Shown here: positions 8,568 to 18,693 of the stretch, piece by piece | Layout: every line of letters starts with the position of its first letter | Position numbering within the stretch: position 1 is the first letter of the stretch | Assembly: GCA_035063585.1 (NCBI GenBank) | Contig: JAPSGB010000038.1 | Coordinates: 1-44,208 of the forward strand | Source: Polyangiaceae bacterium | GTDB taxonomy: Bacteria > Myxococcota_A > Polyangia > Polyangiales > Polyangiaceae | DNA: 44,208 nt | Reading direction: 5' to 3' | The notes under the pieces: generated by a model | Told to the model about the DNA's origin: nothing | Seen by the model: only the letters and a program-made list of their open reading frames with translations | The model's database searches: none | Position numbers and translations under genes: made by a program

Positions 8568-9650
8568 CTACTTCAGCACGCTCGCCGCGTCCTGCTCGAG
8601 CTGCTCGGCGCTCGAGCGGAGCACCTCGACGTAGAAGCGGCTCCCCTCCGTCTTCACGAGGTACCGGGCGGGCGGCTTGGTCGGGCTCTCGACAGCCTCG
8701 CCGGTGGGCTCGCCCTTGCCGGGCTCGCCCGGCAGCTTGTAGAGCTCGAGGTAGCCGAGCGGCCGCGAGCCCGCGCTGAAGGCCGCGCGGAACACCAGGT
8801 GCTCCGGACCCGGCGCGGGCGACGGCTTCTCGTCATAGGCGCTCGCGCGCAGCCGCTCGAGCTTGGTCACCCAGTTGCCGGCCGTCTCGTCCTGCCGCGA
8901 GGGCGAGGCGGCGTCCGCCCAGGCGTCCCGCTTGCCCGCGACCCGCACCAACTCGCGCACGCTCTGCCCGCGCGTGATGCGGACGTTCTTCGCGTCGTCC
9001 GGCTTCCAGGCGTGGAGCTCGCGCTCGAAGAGTCGCGACTCGGCGTACTCGAGGTCACGCGAGACGTCCCCCGGGATCGCGTACACCTCGCCCGTCTCGG
9101 CCACCCGCGCGTAGCGATCTCCGCCACCCGGCGTCGTGCCGCCGAGCACGAGCGTGTGCCGAGCGCCGCCGACGTCGACGCGGATGGTGCCCGCCGGCTT
9201 GTCGAACCCGAACTCGGCGGCCTGGCCCTCCGGCACCTTGCCGAGCGCGCGGAGCGCCCGGAACGGCGCGAGACTCCGAGTCAGTTTGTCCCCTCCCTCG
9301 ACCGAGATGAAGCGCTGGAGCTCGTGGCGGGTCTCGAGCGCGGGGGCCGGCGCGCCCGCCTCGACCCCGCCGTCGGCGGGCGGCGCGGTGCGCGGCGTCT
9401 CCACGGTGCGGTCGACGTCCACCACGTAGTAGCGCCCGACCTTGTCCTCGCGCGCCTCCAGGCGGACCTTGCGCCGCTCACCCTCGAAGGAGACGCTGGT
9501 GACGGCCGAGGGCGAGCCCGACCACACGGTCACCTCGGTGCGCGCCGCGAGCGTCGCCTCGTCCGAGCGGGTCCACACCCGCGCTGCGAGCCCAGCCGCG
9601 ACCGCGAGCAGGCCCGCGTGCAGGATGAGCCCTCGTAGCTGCGGGCTCAT
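8568..9650 (-). CDS. DUF4340-like periplasmic/membrane-anchored protein
   Basis: N-terminal TM segment and EFGFDKP...LVLGGTTPGGGDRYAR...VYAI pattern; last gene of a Gld-like ABC operon. Confidence 0.75.
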   Translation of the reverse strand: MSPQLRGLILHAGLLAVAAGLAARVWTRSDEATLAARTEVTVWSGSPSAVTSVSFEGERRKVRLEAREDKVGRYYVVDVDRTVETPRTAPPADGGVEAGAPAPALETRHELQRFISVEGGDKLTRSLAPFRALRALGKVPEGQAAEFGFDKPAGTIRVDVGGARHTLVLGGTTPGGGDRYARVAETGEVYAIPGDVSRDLEYAESRLFERELHAWKPDDAKNVRITRGQSVRELVRVAGKRDAWADAASPSRQDETAGNWVTKLERLRASAYDEKPSPAPGPEHLVFRAAFSAGSRPLGYLELYKLPGEPGKGEPTGEAVESPTKPPARYLVKTEGSRFYVEVLRSSAEQLEQDAASVLK

Positions 9651-11803
9651 CGGGCCTTGCCTCCCGAGCGCCGGCGCGCGCGACGGCTGACGGCCAGGCC
9701 GAGCCCGAGGACCAGCGCCGGCGCGCCGAAGATGGTCGAGTAGAACCAGACCAGATCCTTCTGCTTGGTGTGCTCGATGGGTTTGTCCTCTTCGGTGTTC
9801 ACCTGCCCCGCGAAGCTCTCCTCGCCGCCGAGCCAGCGCACCGCATCGACGAACAGGACCTGGTTGGTCATCGCCTGCGACAAGACCAGATCCGAGAAGG
9901 CGTCCGCGTCCGCCACCACGAACGCGCGGAGCTCGGGGGGCGCCGGCTTCTCGCCCTGCTTCGCCGGCGCCGGCGCTGGTGGCGCCGCGGTGGCGGGCGC
10001 GGTGACCGCCGCCGCGAGGTTGAAGGTCGCGCGCTGCTCTCCCGGAGAGAGCCGATAGTCGCGGTTCGGGTCAGCGAAGGTGCCCGGCATCGAGCGCACG
10101 GTGAAATCCACCTTCGCGCTCGAGCCGCTCGCGCGCTCGAGGCTCCCGGCGCCGAACACGAACACTGCCGCGCCGCGGGCCGAGCTCCGGCTGAGCGTCG
10201 AGACCGAGGCGTGCGAGGAGAACCCGCTCGTCACGAGCTGGGTGCGGTCCGACTCGTTCGAGCGTCGCCGGACGTGATAGCGCGGATCGTCGTTGGCGAG
10301 CTCCGCGGGAGAGAACGCCAGACCCACCAGGCCGGCGAGCGCCTCGAGTGACCGGGCGAGCGCCGGCTCCGGGACTGCCCCGACCTCGACCGCGCCGGTC
10401 GCCGATGGGGGTTGGGGCGGCGCGGAACCGCTCGCGGCGGGCGGCGCGCTCGAGCCCGCGAGCGCTGGCGCGCCGCTCGCGGCAGGCGCCGCGCCGAGCG
10501 CGAGGCCGGCGGCGGGGAGCGCGTCCGGATCGAGCGCCAAGAGCAGGTGCCCGCCGCGCGCCGCGTAGCGGCGGAGCGAGGCGAGCTCCTCGGGCGTGAA
10601 CGGCTGGCTCGGGCCGAGCACGATCACGAGCGCGGCGTCGTCCGGGACGTCGGTCGCGAGCCCCTGCCCCACGCCAAGGTTCTTTACGAGGTAATTCTGC
10701 TTCTCGAGCAGGAGCCGCACGACGCTCGAGGAGCGGCCGGACGGCTCGTCGTTGGGGCTATCCGACAGCTCGCCGTGCCCGGTGGTGAGGTACGCGGTGC
10801 GACGCGCGCGCACGAGCTTCAGGAGCCGCTCTTGGAAGTCCCGATCGAGCGTCTTCAGCTTGGGGCGCGCAGCATCCGGCTCGGTGCCGATGGTGAGCGT
10901 CTCCTGGGTGTCACCCTTGGCGAGCACGATGGTGCCGTCCTGGCTCACTCTCAGGTCGCGCGCGAGCTTGGGGACCAAGAGACGATCCTTGACCTCGATC
11001 TGTAAGGTCGGGAGCCCTCGACCGAGCTCGCGGAGGTAGCGCTCGACCTCGCTCTTGATCTCGCTGACCTCCGGAAAGAACGCCACCACCTTCACCGGCG
11101 TGGTGAGGCTCGCCGCGATCTTGCGGGTCGAGTCGCTCGGCCGCGAGGTCTTGAAGTACGAGTAATCGGCCCGAAGCTCGCTCCCGCTCGCGGCGTACAC
11201 GAAGAGCGCTCCGTAGAGCGCGGCGAGCGCGAGGACCGCGCCGCTCGCGGCCGCGGCGCGGACGCGGCGGCTCTCCGGGCGCTCCGCCCGCCGCATCGGA
11301 AGGAGGGCGCCCTCGGCGAAGAGCATGGGCAGGACCGCGAGCCCGAGCAGCGCGAGCCAGCCGACGGTGAGCACGCCGAGCGCGCGCTCGCGCCCGTCGG
11401 GCGACAGCGAGTCGAGGTGGACGAAGGCGGCGCCCGCGTCGGTGGTCGCGAAGTAGAGCGCGAGCGCGAGGAGCCCGAGCAGCGACAGGGCCGCGAGCAG
11501 CCGTTCCATCTGACGCCGCTCGCCGCCCGCGCGGAACCGCGGCGCGAAGCGGAGCGCGGTGGCGACCGCCACCGCGGCGAGCCCGAGACCGGTGAACGCC
11601 GAGTGCCACCCCGGGATCTCGCCGATCACGCGCTCGCCGATGAACACGAGCACGAGCCCCGCGACGTAGAGCGGCACCAGCCACACCGGCGCGGGTCGCC
11701 CTCCGGGAGGCGCGGGCTCCCGCTGCTCGGGCTCGGCGCGCGGCGCGGGGCTCGCGGGCGGCGCGCTCTCCGCGCTCGGTTCCCCTCGCTCCGTCAGCGC
11801 CAT
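9647..11803 (-). CDS. GldG-like ABC transporter auxiliary component
   Basis: N-terminal TM helices, AYLTTGHGE, VIVLGPSQPF, GGHLLLALDP, VVADADAFSD, NQVLFVDAVRWL and a C-terminal TM. Start ATG 11803 overlaps the permease end. Confidence 0.82.
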   Translation of the reverse strand: MALTERGEPSAESAPPASPAPRAEPEQREPAPPGGRPAPVWLVPLYVAGLVLVFIGERVIGEIPGWHSAFTGLGLAAVAVATALRFAPRFRAGGERRQMERLLAALSLLGLLALALYFATTDAGAAFVHLDSLSPDGRERALGVLTVGWLALLGLAVLPMLFAEGALLPMRRAERPESRRVRAAAASGAVLALAALYGALFVYAASGSELRADYSYFKTSRPSDSTRKIAASLTTPVKVVAFFPEVSEIKSEVERYLRELGRGLPTLQIEVKDRLLVPKLARDLRVSQDGTIVLAKGDTQETLTIGTEPDAARPKLKTLDRDFQERLLKLVRARRTAYLTTGHGELSDSPNDEPSGRSSSVVRLLLEKQNYLVKNLGVGQGLATDVPDDAALVIVLGPSQPFTPEELASLRRYAARGGHLLLALDPDALPAAGLALGAAPAASGAPALAGSSAPPAASGSAPPQPPSATGAVEVGAVPEPALARSLEALAGLVGLAFSPAELANDDPRYHVRRRSNESDRTQLVTSGFSSHASVSTLSRSSARGAAVFVFGAGSLERASGSSAKVDFTVRSMPGTFADPNRDYRLSPGEQRATFNLAAAVTAPATAAPPAPAPAKQGEKPAPPELRAFVVADADAFSDLVLSQAMTNQVLFVDAVRWLGGEESFAGQVNTEEDKPIEHTKQKDLVWFYSTIFGAPALVLGLGLAVSRRARRRSGGKAR

Positions 11804-12516
11804 CGCCGCGCCTCCAGCGTCTTGGTGGCCGCCAAGAGAAAGAACCAGGTGACGGCGAGGTAATACGCGACCGGCCCGAGCTCGAGGATCCCACGCATGA
11901 AGGGCATCTGATTCTCGTGGTGGAGTGCGAGCGCCGCGAGGAAGGTGTTGAGAGGCGGGTCCACCGCGCGCGCGACCGCCCAGAGGAGCAAGAGCGGCAC
12001 CAGCATCGCGACCCCCACCATCACCGCGACGACCTGGGAGCGCGCCAGCGCGGAGGCGAACAGGCCGAGCGCGGTGGTCGCGGCGCCGAGCAGCAGCAGG
12101 CCGGCGTAGCCGACCGCGATGTGCCCCGCGCTCACCTTGCCGTTCACGAGGATGAGGAGCGGCATATAGAGCGAGGCGAGCGCCATCACCACGATGACCG
12201 CGAAGGCCGACAGGAATTTCCCGGCCACGATTTCCCAGTCCTTGATGGGCGCCGTGTTGAGGAGCGTGAGCGTCCCCGTCTGCCGCTCCTCGGCGACCAG
12301 CCGCATCGACAGCGCGAGCGCGGCGATCATGGTGGCGCCGCTCGCCCCGTAGAAGAATTGGAAGAGCACCTGCGCGCTCAAGAGCTTCTCGGTGAGACCC
12401 TGCCAGTAGAAATAGAGCCCCTCGCCGAGCAGCGCGCCCGCCACGACCACCGCGCCGAGCGGCGAGCGCACGGTGGCGAGCAGCTCGCGTCGCGCGACCA
12501 GCAGGACGCGGCTCAC
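11794..12516 (-). CDS. ABC-2-type permease (GldF-like)
   Basis: ARRELL...RSP and SMRLVAEERQTGTLTLLNTAP...GKFL; about six TM segments. Confidence 0.9.
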   Translation of the reverse strand: MSRVLLVARRELLATVRSPLGAVVVAGALLGEGLYFYWQGLTEKLLSAQVLFQFFYGASGATMIAALALSMRLVAEERQTGTLTLLNTAPIKDWEIVAGKFLSAFAVIVVMALASLYMPLLILVNGKVSAGHIAVGYAGLLLLGAATTALGLFASALARSQVVAVMVGVAMLVPLLLLWAVARAVDPPLNTFLAALALHHENQMPFMRGILELGPVAYYLAVTWFFLLAATKTLEARRWR

Positions 12517-13577
12517 GGCGCCGCCTCATCGCTCGCCGGCCGCGCCGGACCGGCATCCCCTGCCCCGCCCGGCTGCCCTGCCTTCGGAGCGCGCTTCCGG
12601 CTCCGCTTGCGGCGCGTGGCGTCGGCGCCGCCGCCCGGGCGAGAGAGCTCGAGGAACACGCTCTCGAGCTCGCGTTCGCTCCGCGCGAGGTGCAAAATGG
12701 GGAGTTCTGCCGCCACCAGCGCGCGGCACACCGCATCGCGCACGTCCCTCGCCGCGCGCAGCCGGAAGCTCACGACGCCCGCGCCCGGCTCGGTCGGCTC
12801 GATCTCCTCGACCGAGTCGACGCCCGCGAGCGCGCCGAGGATGGCGCGCGAGGCCTCCGCGTCCGTGCCCGCGCCGAGGCGGAGGCTCACGTCGAGCAGC
12901 ATCCCGCGGAGGAGCTCCTCGCTGAGCTCGGCCTCGGTGCCGGCGGCGACGATCTGCCCGTCGCGGATGACGAGGATGCGATCGCACGTCTCGCTGATCT
13001 CGGAGAGGATGTGGCTCGAGATGACCACCGTGTGCTCGCCGCCGAGGCTCCTCACCAGCTCGCGCATCTCGACGATCTGCACCGGGTCGAGCCCGCTGAT
13101 GGGCTCGTCGAGCACCACCAGCGCGGGCCTATGAACGATGGCTTGCGCGATGCCGACCCGCTGCTTGAAGCCGTGCGACAGGGTCGCGATGGGATCGCGG
13201 TCGACCTCGCCGAGGCCGGTGAGCTCGATCACCTCGACCGCGCGCCGCGCGGCGGCGGCCTTCGGGAGCCCGCGCAGCCGAGCGACGAAGCGCAGGTACT
13301 CGCCCACCCTCATCTCATCGTAGAGCGGCGGGGTGTCGGGCAGGTAGCCGGTGCGCGCCTTCACCGCGTCGGGGCGCTCGACCACGTCGACGCCGTCGAT
13401 ACGCACGGTGCCGCTCGTCGGCAGGAGGTCACAGGCGAGCACGCGGAGCGTGGTGGTCTTGCCGGCGCCGTTCAGCCCGAGCAGGCCCACGATCTCACCG
13501 CGCTCGATGGTCGTCGAGAGCGGGCCGATGGCGCGTCGGTCCCCGTAGTATTTGTAGAGTTCGCGGATCTCGATCAC
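12513..13577 (-). CDS. ABC transporter ATP-binding protein (GldA-like)
   Basis: Walker A GLNGAGKTT, signature LSHGFKQRV, Walker B VVLDEP, H-loop SSH. Start placed at GTG 13577. Confidence 0.93.
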   Translation of the reverse strand: MIEIRELYKYYGDRRAIGPLSTTIERGEIVGLLGLNGAGKTTTLRVLACDLLPTSGTVRIDGVDVVERPDAVKARTGYLPDTPPLYDEMRVGEYLRFVARLRGLPKAAAARRAVEVIELTGLGEVDRDPIATLSHGFKQRVGIAQAIVHRPALVVLDEPISGLDPVQIVEMRELVRSLGGEHTVVISSHILSEISETCDRILVIRDGQIVAAGTEAELSEELLRGMLLDVSLRLGAGTDAEASRAILGALAGVDSVEEIEPTEPGAGVVSFRLRAARDVRDAVCRALVAAELPILHLARSERELESVFLELSRPGGGADATRRKRSRKRAPKAGQPGGAGDAGPARPASDEAAP

Positions 13578-13712
13578 GATTTCACTCGTTCCGGCCTCCG
13601 CCGGGAGGCGCCGGCCCCGCGGGGCGGCGTCCCGCCCGAGGACCAAGGAGCGGTCGAGGTTATTCCCCAAGGTGTCGCCCCCGAGCAAGCCCGCGCGCGC
13701 TAGGCTCCGCAT

Positions 13713-14963
13713 GTGAGCGGAAAAGACGCCGGATTCGAGGGGGATCCCTCACCCGACCTGCTCGCGGCGAGGATCGCGGAGGCGGCGCTCGGGCTCGGCT
13801 TCACCCAGGTGGGCTTCGCGCCGGCGACCCGCCTCGAGGCCGGCGCCGCGCGGCTCGAGCGCTGGCTCGCGGCTGGCTTCCACGGCGCCATGAGCTTCCT
13901 CGAGCGCGACGATCGCGCCGACCCGACGCGGCTCCTGCCCGAGGCGCGCAGCATCATCGTGGTCGCGCTCGGCTACGGAAAGCCGCCGCCTGCGGGCCGG
14001 TTGCCGCTCCGGCGCGGCGACGGCGGGGCGCCCTGGTTCGGCACCATCGCCTCCTACGCGCGCGGCGAGGACTACCACCTGGTCGTGAAGGAGAAGCTCC
14101 ACCGGCTCGCCGAGCGCTGCAGTGAGATCGCCGGGCGCCCGGTGCGCTCGCGCGCCTGCACCGACAGCGCGCCGCTGCTCGAGGGCGAGGCCGCGGCGCG
14201 CGCGGGGATCGGGTTCGTCGGCAAGAACACCCTGGTCATCACGCCCGGCAGCGGGAGCTTCTTCCTGCTCGGCGAGCTCCTCGTCGACCTCGAGATCACC
14301 CCCGGCGAGCCGGTGCGGCCGGGCTGCGGGAGCTGTCGCGCCTGCCTCGACGCCTGCCCGACCGGCGCGCTCCTCGACGGCCAGCTCATCGACGCGCGCC
14401 GCTGCATCTCGTACCTCACCATCGAGCTCACCGGCGCGATCCCTCGCGAGCTCCGTCCGCTCATCGGCACCCACGTCTACGGCTGCGACATCTGCCAGGT
14501 GGTGTGCCCCTACAACTCGAAGGAGTCCGCCGGGGCGCGCGCGCCCGAGTTCGAGCCCCGCCCCGCGCTCGACCCGCCCGAGCTCGTCGCGCTGCTCGAG
14601 CTCGGCGCCGCCGGCTACCGCAAGCTCGTGAAGCGGACCGCGCTCCGCCGCTCGAACCGCTACACGCTCGCCCGCAACGCCGCGGTCGCGCTCGGCAACA
14701 CCGGCGCTCCGGGCGCGGTCGCGCCGCTCGCCCGCGCGCTCGCGAACCACCCGAGCGCGCTGGTCCGCGGGCACGCCGCCTGGGCGCTCGGGCGGCTGGG
14801 CGGCGCGGAGGCGCGCGCCGCGCTCGAGGCGGGGCTCGAGCGCGAGCGCGACGCGGAGGTCCGAGAAGAGCTCGCGCTCGCGCTCGACGAGCTCGCTCGA
14901 AGCGCCGCGCGCGGCGCGCCGGGGCTCAGGGCGCCGCGCGCGGGAACACCGGAGAGCGGATGA
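13713..14963 (+). CDS. queG: tRNA epoxyqueuosine(34) reductase
   Basis: YARGEDYH, DSAPLLE, GIGFVGKN, CGSCRACLDACPTGA, RCISYLTIE, GCDICQVVCPYN, RNAAVALGN and C-terminal HEAT-like repeats. Confidence 0.95.
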   Translation: MSGKDAGFEGDPSPDLLAARIAEAALGLGFTQVGFAPATRLEAGAARLERWLAAGFHGAMSFLERDDRADPTRLLPEARSIIVVALGYGKPPPAGRLPLRRGDGGAPWFGTIASYARGEDYHLVVKEKLHRLAERCSEIAGRPVRSRACTDSAPLLEGEAAARAGIGFVGKNTLVITPGSGSFFLLGELLVDLEITPGEPVRPGCGSCRACLDACPTGALLDGQLIDARRCISYLTIELTGAIPRELRPLIGTHVYGCDICQVVCPYNSKESAGARAPEFEPRPALDPPELVALLELGAAGYRKLVKRTALRRSNRYTLARNAAVALGNTGAPGAVAPLARALANHPSALVRGHAAWALGRLGGAEARAALEAGLERERDAEVREELALALDELARSAARGAPGLRAPRAGTPESG

Positions 14964-17022
14964 GCGCCTCGAGCATGGGCAGGGTCCGCTCCGGGTTGGC
15001 GTCGGCGACGCTGCGCGCGTCGGGATCGTGCGCGCGAAGATCGTAGAGCTCGGGCGTCGCCGTCTCGAGCGACACGACGAGCTTCCACGGCTCGACCGGA
15101 TCGAGCATCCCGACCCGCACGAGCTGCTCCTGGAGCACGGCGGAGAAGAGCAGCGGCCGGCGGCGCGGCGGCGGTGAAGGGAGCAGCGCTCGCAGGAGAT
15201 CCTCTCCCTCGTACTCGCTCGCGTCCGGCTCCTCCTCCAGGTAATGGACGAGCGTCGGCGCCACATCCACGAGCGAGACGCGCCGCCCGATCCGCGCCGG
15301 GCGCATCCCGGGCACCCGGATCGCGAGCGGCACCCGCACGAGGCTCTCCCACAGAAACACCGAGTGCACCCAGAAGCCGTCGCGGCCGAGCGCCTCGCCG
15401 TGGTCCGACACGAACACGACGATGGTGTTCTCGGCGAGCCCGAGCCGGGCGAGCCCGGTGAGCAGCCGCTGGAACTCGGCGTCGATGCCACGCGCGACCA
15501 GGCGGTACTGTCGCTCCTGTTCGCCGCCGTCGGGCACCTGGAATCGCCGCCCGAGGCTCTTCAGGTATCGCGGCTCGAGCTCTCGCCAGTTGTGCTGATC
15601 GAAGTTGAAGACCCAGAGGAAGAAGCGCTCTCGCGGGTGCTTCTTGAGCCACCCGAGCGCCTCGTCCACGAGCGGTCGAGCGGTCGAGCGATCGGCGCCG
15701 TAGCCCCACACGTCCGTGCGCTCGTCGGAGTAATCGGGCACGACGAGGGTGGTGTCGAAGTGAAAATCCGCGCGGAGCTTGTCGAGGAACTCCTTGGCCG
15801 AGCGCGGGATCGCGAGGACGGTCCTCCGGCCCGTCCGGCGCGCGACCTGGATGAGGTCGTGCGAACGCGGGGCATCGATCGAGTAAGTGCCGCCGATGAG
15901 CCCGGGCAGCGCGCGCAGGGTGTCGGAGCCGGAGCTATAGGCCGCGCTGAAGTCGAGCGCCTTCTTCGCGAAGGCGACCGTCGCCGGCATCGTGCGCCGA
16001 TCGCGCGCGACGTCGGCTCGCAGGGTATCCACGTAGTAAAAGAGCACGTTATAGTCGCGGCGTGGTCCGCGGAGGCGAGCGAGCGCCTCCCGCGTGGCGG
16101 GAGGGTCGTCGACCGGCTCGTACCACGCAGGATCCGGCGAGGTGTTGGTGAGCCGGAAGCGCTCCTCGAGCTGGTGGAGCGGCGAGTCGACCCGCTCTCG
16201 CCAAGCGACCGGGTGCGCGACCACGGTCTGCGCCACGTCGAGCCGGCGCATCATGCGGCCGACGTAGATCGGGTCGAGCCAGGCGTCGGAGAGCCTCGCG
16301 ACCACCCGCTCGCGGAGCGGCGCGAGCGCGAACCACGCGACCAGCCAGCCGAGCACGAGGAGGGTGAGCACGCTCCCCACGCGCCGCGCGCGCGGGCGAG
16401 CGAGGAGGAGCGCGAGCGGGACCGCCGCGCCGAGCGCGAGGAGCGCGCCCGCGGTGAGCTCGAGCAGGGTGTGGAGCGGCCGGTAGAGCGCGACGAACAG
16501 GTGCAGATCGCCGTAGACGAGCCCCGCGGCCGCGAGCCCGGCCGCGAGCGCCCCGAGCAGCGGCCAGCGCGGGCGACCGCGCCGGAGCGCACCCTGGGCG
16601 CGCGCCGCGAGCCCGGCGACGAGCGCGGCCGCGAGCGCCGCGAGCATCACGAAGACGACCGGGCCGACTCTCGCATAGGCGCGCGCCCGGGGCCCCTGGA
16701 AGGTCGCGAGCGCGGTGGGGCTCACCAGCGCGCCGACCACGAGCGCGTAGAACGCGAGCGCGACCGCGCTTCGCGCGCGCGGCGGGGCGCGCCGGAGCCA
16801 TCGCTCGGTGAGCGCGCGCTCGAGCGCGCCGAGGAGCGCCGCGAACACCCCGACCCCGGCGCCCACCACCGCGTAGAGCAGGAGCGCCGAGAGCAAGCGC
16901 GTCGAGAGTCCCCACTCTCGAAATCCACGACGCCAGGCGTCGATGAGCGCGAAGGTCCACGCGGACGCGAGCGTCGCGAGCACCACCGCCGATAGTCGTC
17001 CGAGGATGGGTAGGCTGCGCAA
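14926..17022 (-). CDS. Membrane-anchored sulfatase-like / alkaline-phosphatase-superfamily protein
   Basis: Multi-TM N-terminus, then NVLFYYVDTLRAD, SSGSDTLRAL, VSDHGEALG, VRVPL, DVAPT, LYDL. Start (TTG) is uncertain. Confidence 0.85.
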   Translation of the reverse strand: MRSLPILGRLSAVVLATLASAWTFALIDAWRRGFREWGLSTRLLSALLLYAVVGAGVGVFAALLGALERALTERWLRRAPPRARSAVALAFYALVVGALVSPTALATFQGPRARAYARVGPVVFVMLAALAAALVAGLAARAQGALRRGRPRWPLLGALAAGLAAAGLVYGDLHLFVALYRPLHTLLELTAGALLALGAAVPLALLLARPRARRVGSVLTLLVLGWLVAWFALAPLRERVVARLSDAWLDPIYVGRMMRRLDVAQTVVAHPVAWRERVDSPLHQLEERFRLTNTSPDPAWYEPVDDPPATREALARLRGPRRDYNVLFYYVDTLRADVARDRRTMPATVAFAKKALDFSAAYSSGSDTLRALPGLIGGTYSIDAPRSHDLIQVARRTGRRTVLAIPRSAKEFLDKLRADFHFDTTLVVPDYSDERTDVWGYGADRSTARPLVDEALGWLKKHPRERFFLWVFNFDQHNWRELEPRYLKSLGRRFQVPDGGEQERQYRLVARGIDAEFQRLLTGLARLGLAENTIVVFVSDHGEALGRDGFWVHSVFLWESLVRVPLAIRVPGMRPARIGRRVSLVDVAPTLVHYLEEEPDASEYEGEDLLRALLPSPPPRRRPLLFSAVLQEQLVRVGMLDPVEPWKLVVSLETATPELYDLRAHDPDARSVADANPERTLPMLEALIRSPVFPRAAP

Positions 17023-17098
17023 CGCCGAGACTCGAAGCGGAGTGGGGCCGGAGCATAGCCACGCGCCGCCGCTCTGTCACGACGCAGCGCGCGCGCCG

Positions 17099-17120
17099 CG
17101 CCGCCGGCCGCGCCGGACCG
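17099..17120 (-). repeat. REP-like dispersed motif copy
   Basis: 22-nt exact reverse-complement match to the 135-159 / 30904-30928 motif, 4 nt past the stop of the OmpA-like gene. Confidence 0.65.
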
Positions 17121-17124
17121 ACCC

Positions 17125-17970
17125 CTACCGCTTCACGCGCAGCACCGAGAGCCCGACGCGCCGATCTTGCGGATCCGGTGGAGGCGCCTCGGCGCCTGCT
17201 CCGTAGATCGGGATGCCGGCGCCAAACGCCATGAGCCGCGCGGCGGGCACGCCGGCCGCCACCATGACGTCGCGGGCCGCGCGCGCTCGCGCGTCCGCGA
17301 GCGGGATCGGCTCACCGCGCGAGATGTGCCCGGTGATCGACACGCACACGAGCTCGGGGTGCGCGGCGATGAGGCGCGCCGCCGCCTGCAACTCGGCGAC
17401 GACCGACGCGGACGGCGCGCTCGCGCCCTCGTCGAAGAGGAACGTCTCCTGGAAGGCGGAGGCGCCCAGGGTGGACGGCTGGATCGGGCGCGACACCGCG
17501 CCGGCTCGGCCGGGGCTCATGAGCTCGGCGCAGCCCGCGGACTCCGCCGCGGCGGGCGCGGGCGACTCGGGGGGAGGCGTGAACTCGGGCAGCGCGACCA
17601 CGAGCTTGCTCGGCTCGCACACGCCGGCGGGCGGCGCTACGAGCCGACACTGCGCGGGCGAGTGCGCGGCGAGGTGCTGGCGGAGCGCGAGCTCCTGCGT
17701 CCCGATCACCCGGAGCTCTTGCCGGAGCTCGGGCGGAGTGAACTGCGGGTTCGCGGGGTTCGGCTGGGGCGACCAGATGGCCTCGAGCGTCACCAGCGTG
17801 AGCGGGAAGCGCTCGGTGACGCGGATCGTGCTCACGCTCCCGAGCACGCACGCCCCCGACCACGTCTCGACCGCGCAGCCCTGCTGCGGGGCGCCGCACG
17901 ACGCCGACGCGAGCAGGCCAGCCGCGCCGAGCCCGAACCCGAGCGAGAGCAAGACGCGGGCAAGACTCAT
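17125..17970 (-). CDS. Lipoprotein with C-terminal OmpA-like domain
   Basis: Signal ending SASC; C-terminal FLFDEGAS...ITGH...LADARARAARDVMVAAGVPAARL...G.G...DRRV. Confidence 0.75.
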   Translation of the reverse strand: MSLARVLLSLGFGLGAAGLLASASCGAPQQGCAVETWSGACVLGSVSTIRVTERFPLTLVTLEAIWSPQPNPANPQFTPPELRQELRVIGTQELALRQHLAAHSPAQCRLVAPPAGVCEPSKLVVALPEFTPPPESPAPAAAESAGCAELMSPGRAGAVSRPIQPSTLGASAFQETFLFDEGASAPSASVVAELQAAARLIAAHPELVCVSITGHISRGEPIPLADARARAARDVMVAAGVPAARLMAFGAGIPIYGAGAEAPPPDPQDRRVGLSVLRVKR

Positions 17971-17973
17971 GGG

Positions 17974-18660
17974 TCAGTTCCTCTTTCCGTCGAAACGATA
18001 GTCGATGGAGCCCGTCTCGCGCATGTCCGGGAGATCGACGGTCATCGCCATCGCGAGCACGAACACGAGCCGGCTGCCGGTGAAGGTCGCGCTACCGCTC
18101 GTCACGAGCGACTGCATGGGGCTGTCCGGCTGATCGAAGCAGTGTTGTCCGGCGGTGAGCGCGGTGGTCGCGCCGGTGGGACGGGGCGCCTTCAGCGTGC
18201 AGATCGTGCTGCCGTCGTTGCTCGCGACCAGCTTGAACGCGAGCGCGCCATCCGCGTCCTCGCTCACCACGATCCGCGCGTTCGGGTCCTTCTGCGGCGC
18301 GCTCGCGTTGGTTCCCATCTTCATCTCGGTCACGTCCTCGCCTCGATAATCGCCGGCGAACGCCCCCGGGGCGCTCGTGCCGGGCGTAGCGGCGCCGGGG
18401 CTCGCAGCGAGCGCTCGGCCGGCGTCCGGCTTCGCGCTCGCCTTGCTGGCGACGCTCGCCTCCGGCGGTCCCGCGTCCGGCACGGCGGCGACCTCGTAGG
18501 TCTCGTTCGGGCGGTGCCGCCGCGCCTCCATCGCCTCGGGGACGTCCTCGCTCTCGGGCCCGGCGAGCGGGCCTCGGCCGAGCGGCGTCGCGCTCGGCCG
18601 GGTCGTCCCGCAGCTCACGGCGACCACCAGCGCGGGGAGCACCCAGGGGCGACGCATCAT
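17974..18660 (-). CDS. Hypothetical lipoprotein
   Basis: Lipobox AVSC, Pro/Ala linker and a beta-rich C-terminal domain; host-like codon usage. Confidence 0.75.
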   Translation of the reverse strand: MMRRPWVLPALVVAVSCGTTRPSATPLGRGPLAGPESEDVPEAMEARRHRPNETYEVAAVPDAGPPEASVASKASAKPDAGRALAASPGAATPGTSAPGAFAGDYRGEDVTEMKMGTNASAPQKDPNARIVVSEDADGALAFKLVASNDGSTICTLKAPRPTGATTALTAGQHCFDQPDSPMQSLVTSGSATFTGSRLVFVLAMAMTVDLPDMRETGSIDYRFDGKRN

Positions 18661-18693
18661 CGCGCGGAACGCTAGCTCAGGATGGCGCGCCGG

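Noticed and set aside
9647..12736. 1029-aa ORF, and similarly the long N-termini of 12513..13712, 18682..20160, 18694..19677, 19272..21755, 24870..26045 and 42607..43755
   Set aside because: These are Arg/Gly/Ala-rich extensions that overlap better-supported genes, an artefact of stop-codon scarcity at high GC.
8568..13577. Gld-like ABC operon as evidence of Bacteroidota-type gliding or of a novel system
   Set aside because: The ATPase-permease-GldG-DUF4340 arrangement is widespread and of general function; no other gld or T9SS genes are present.
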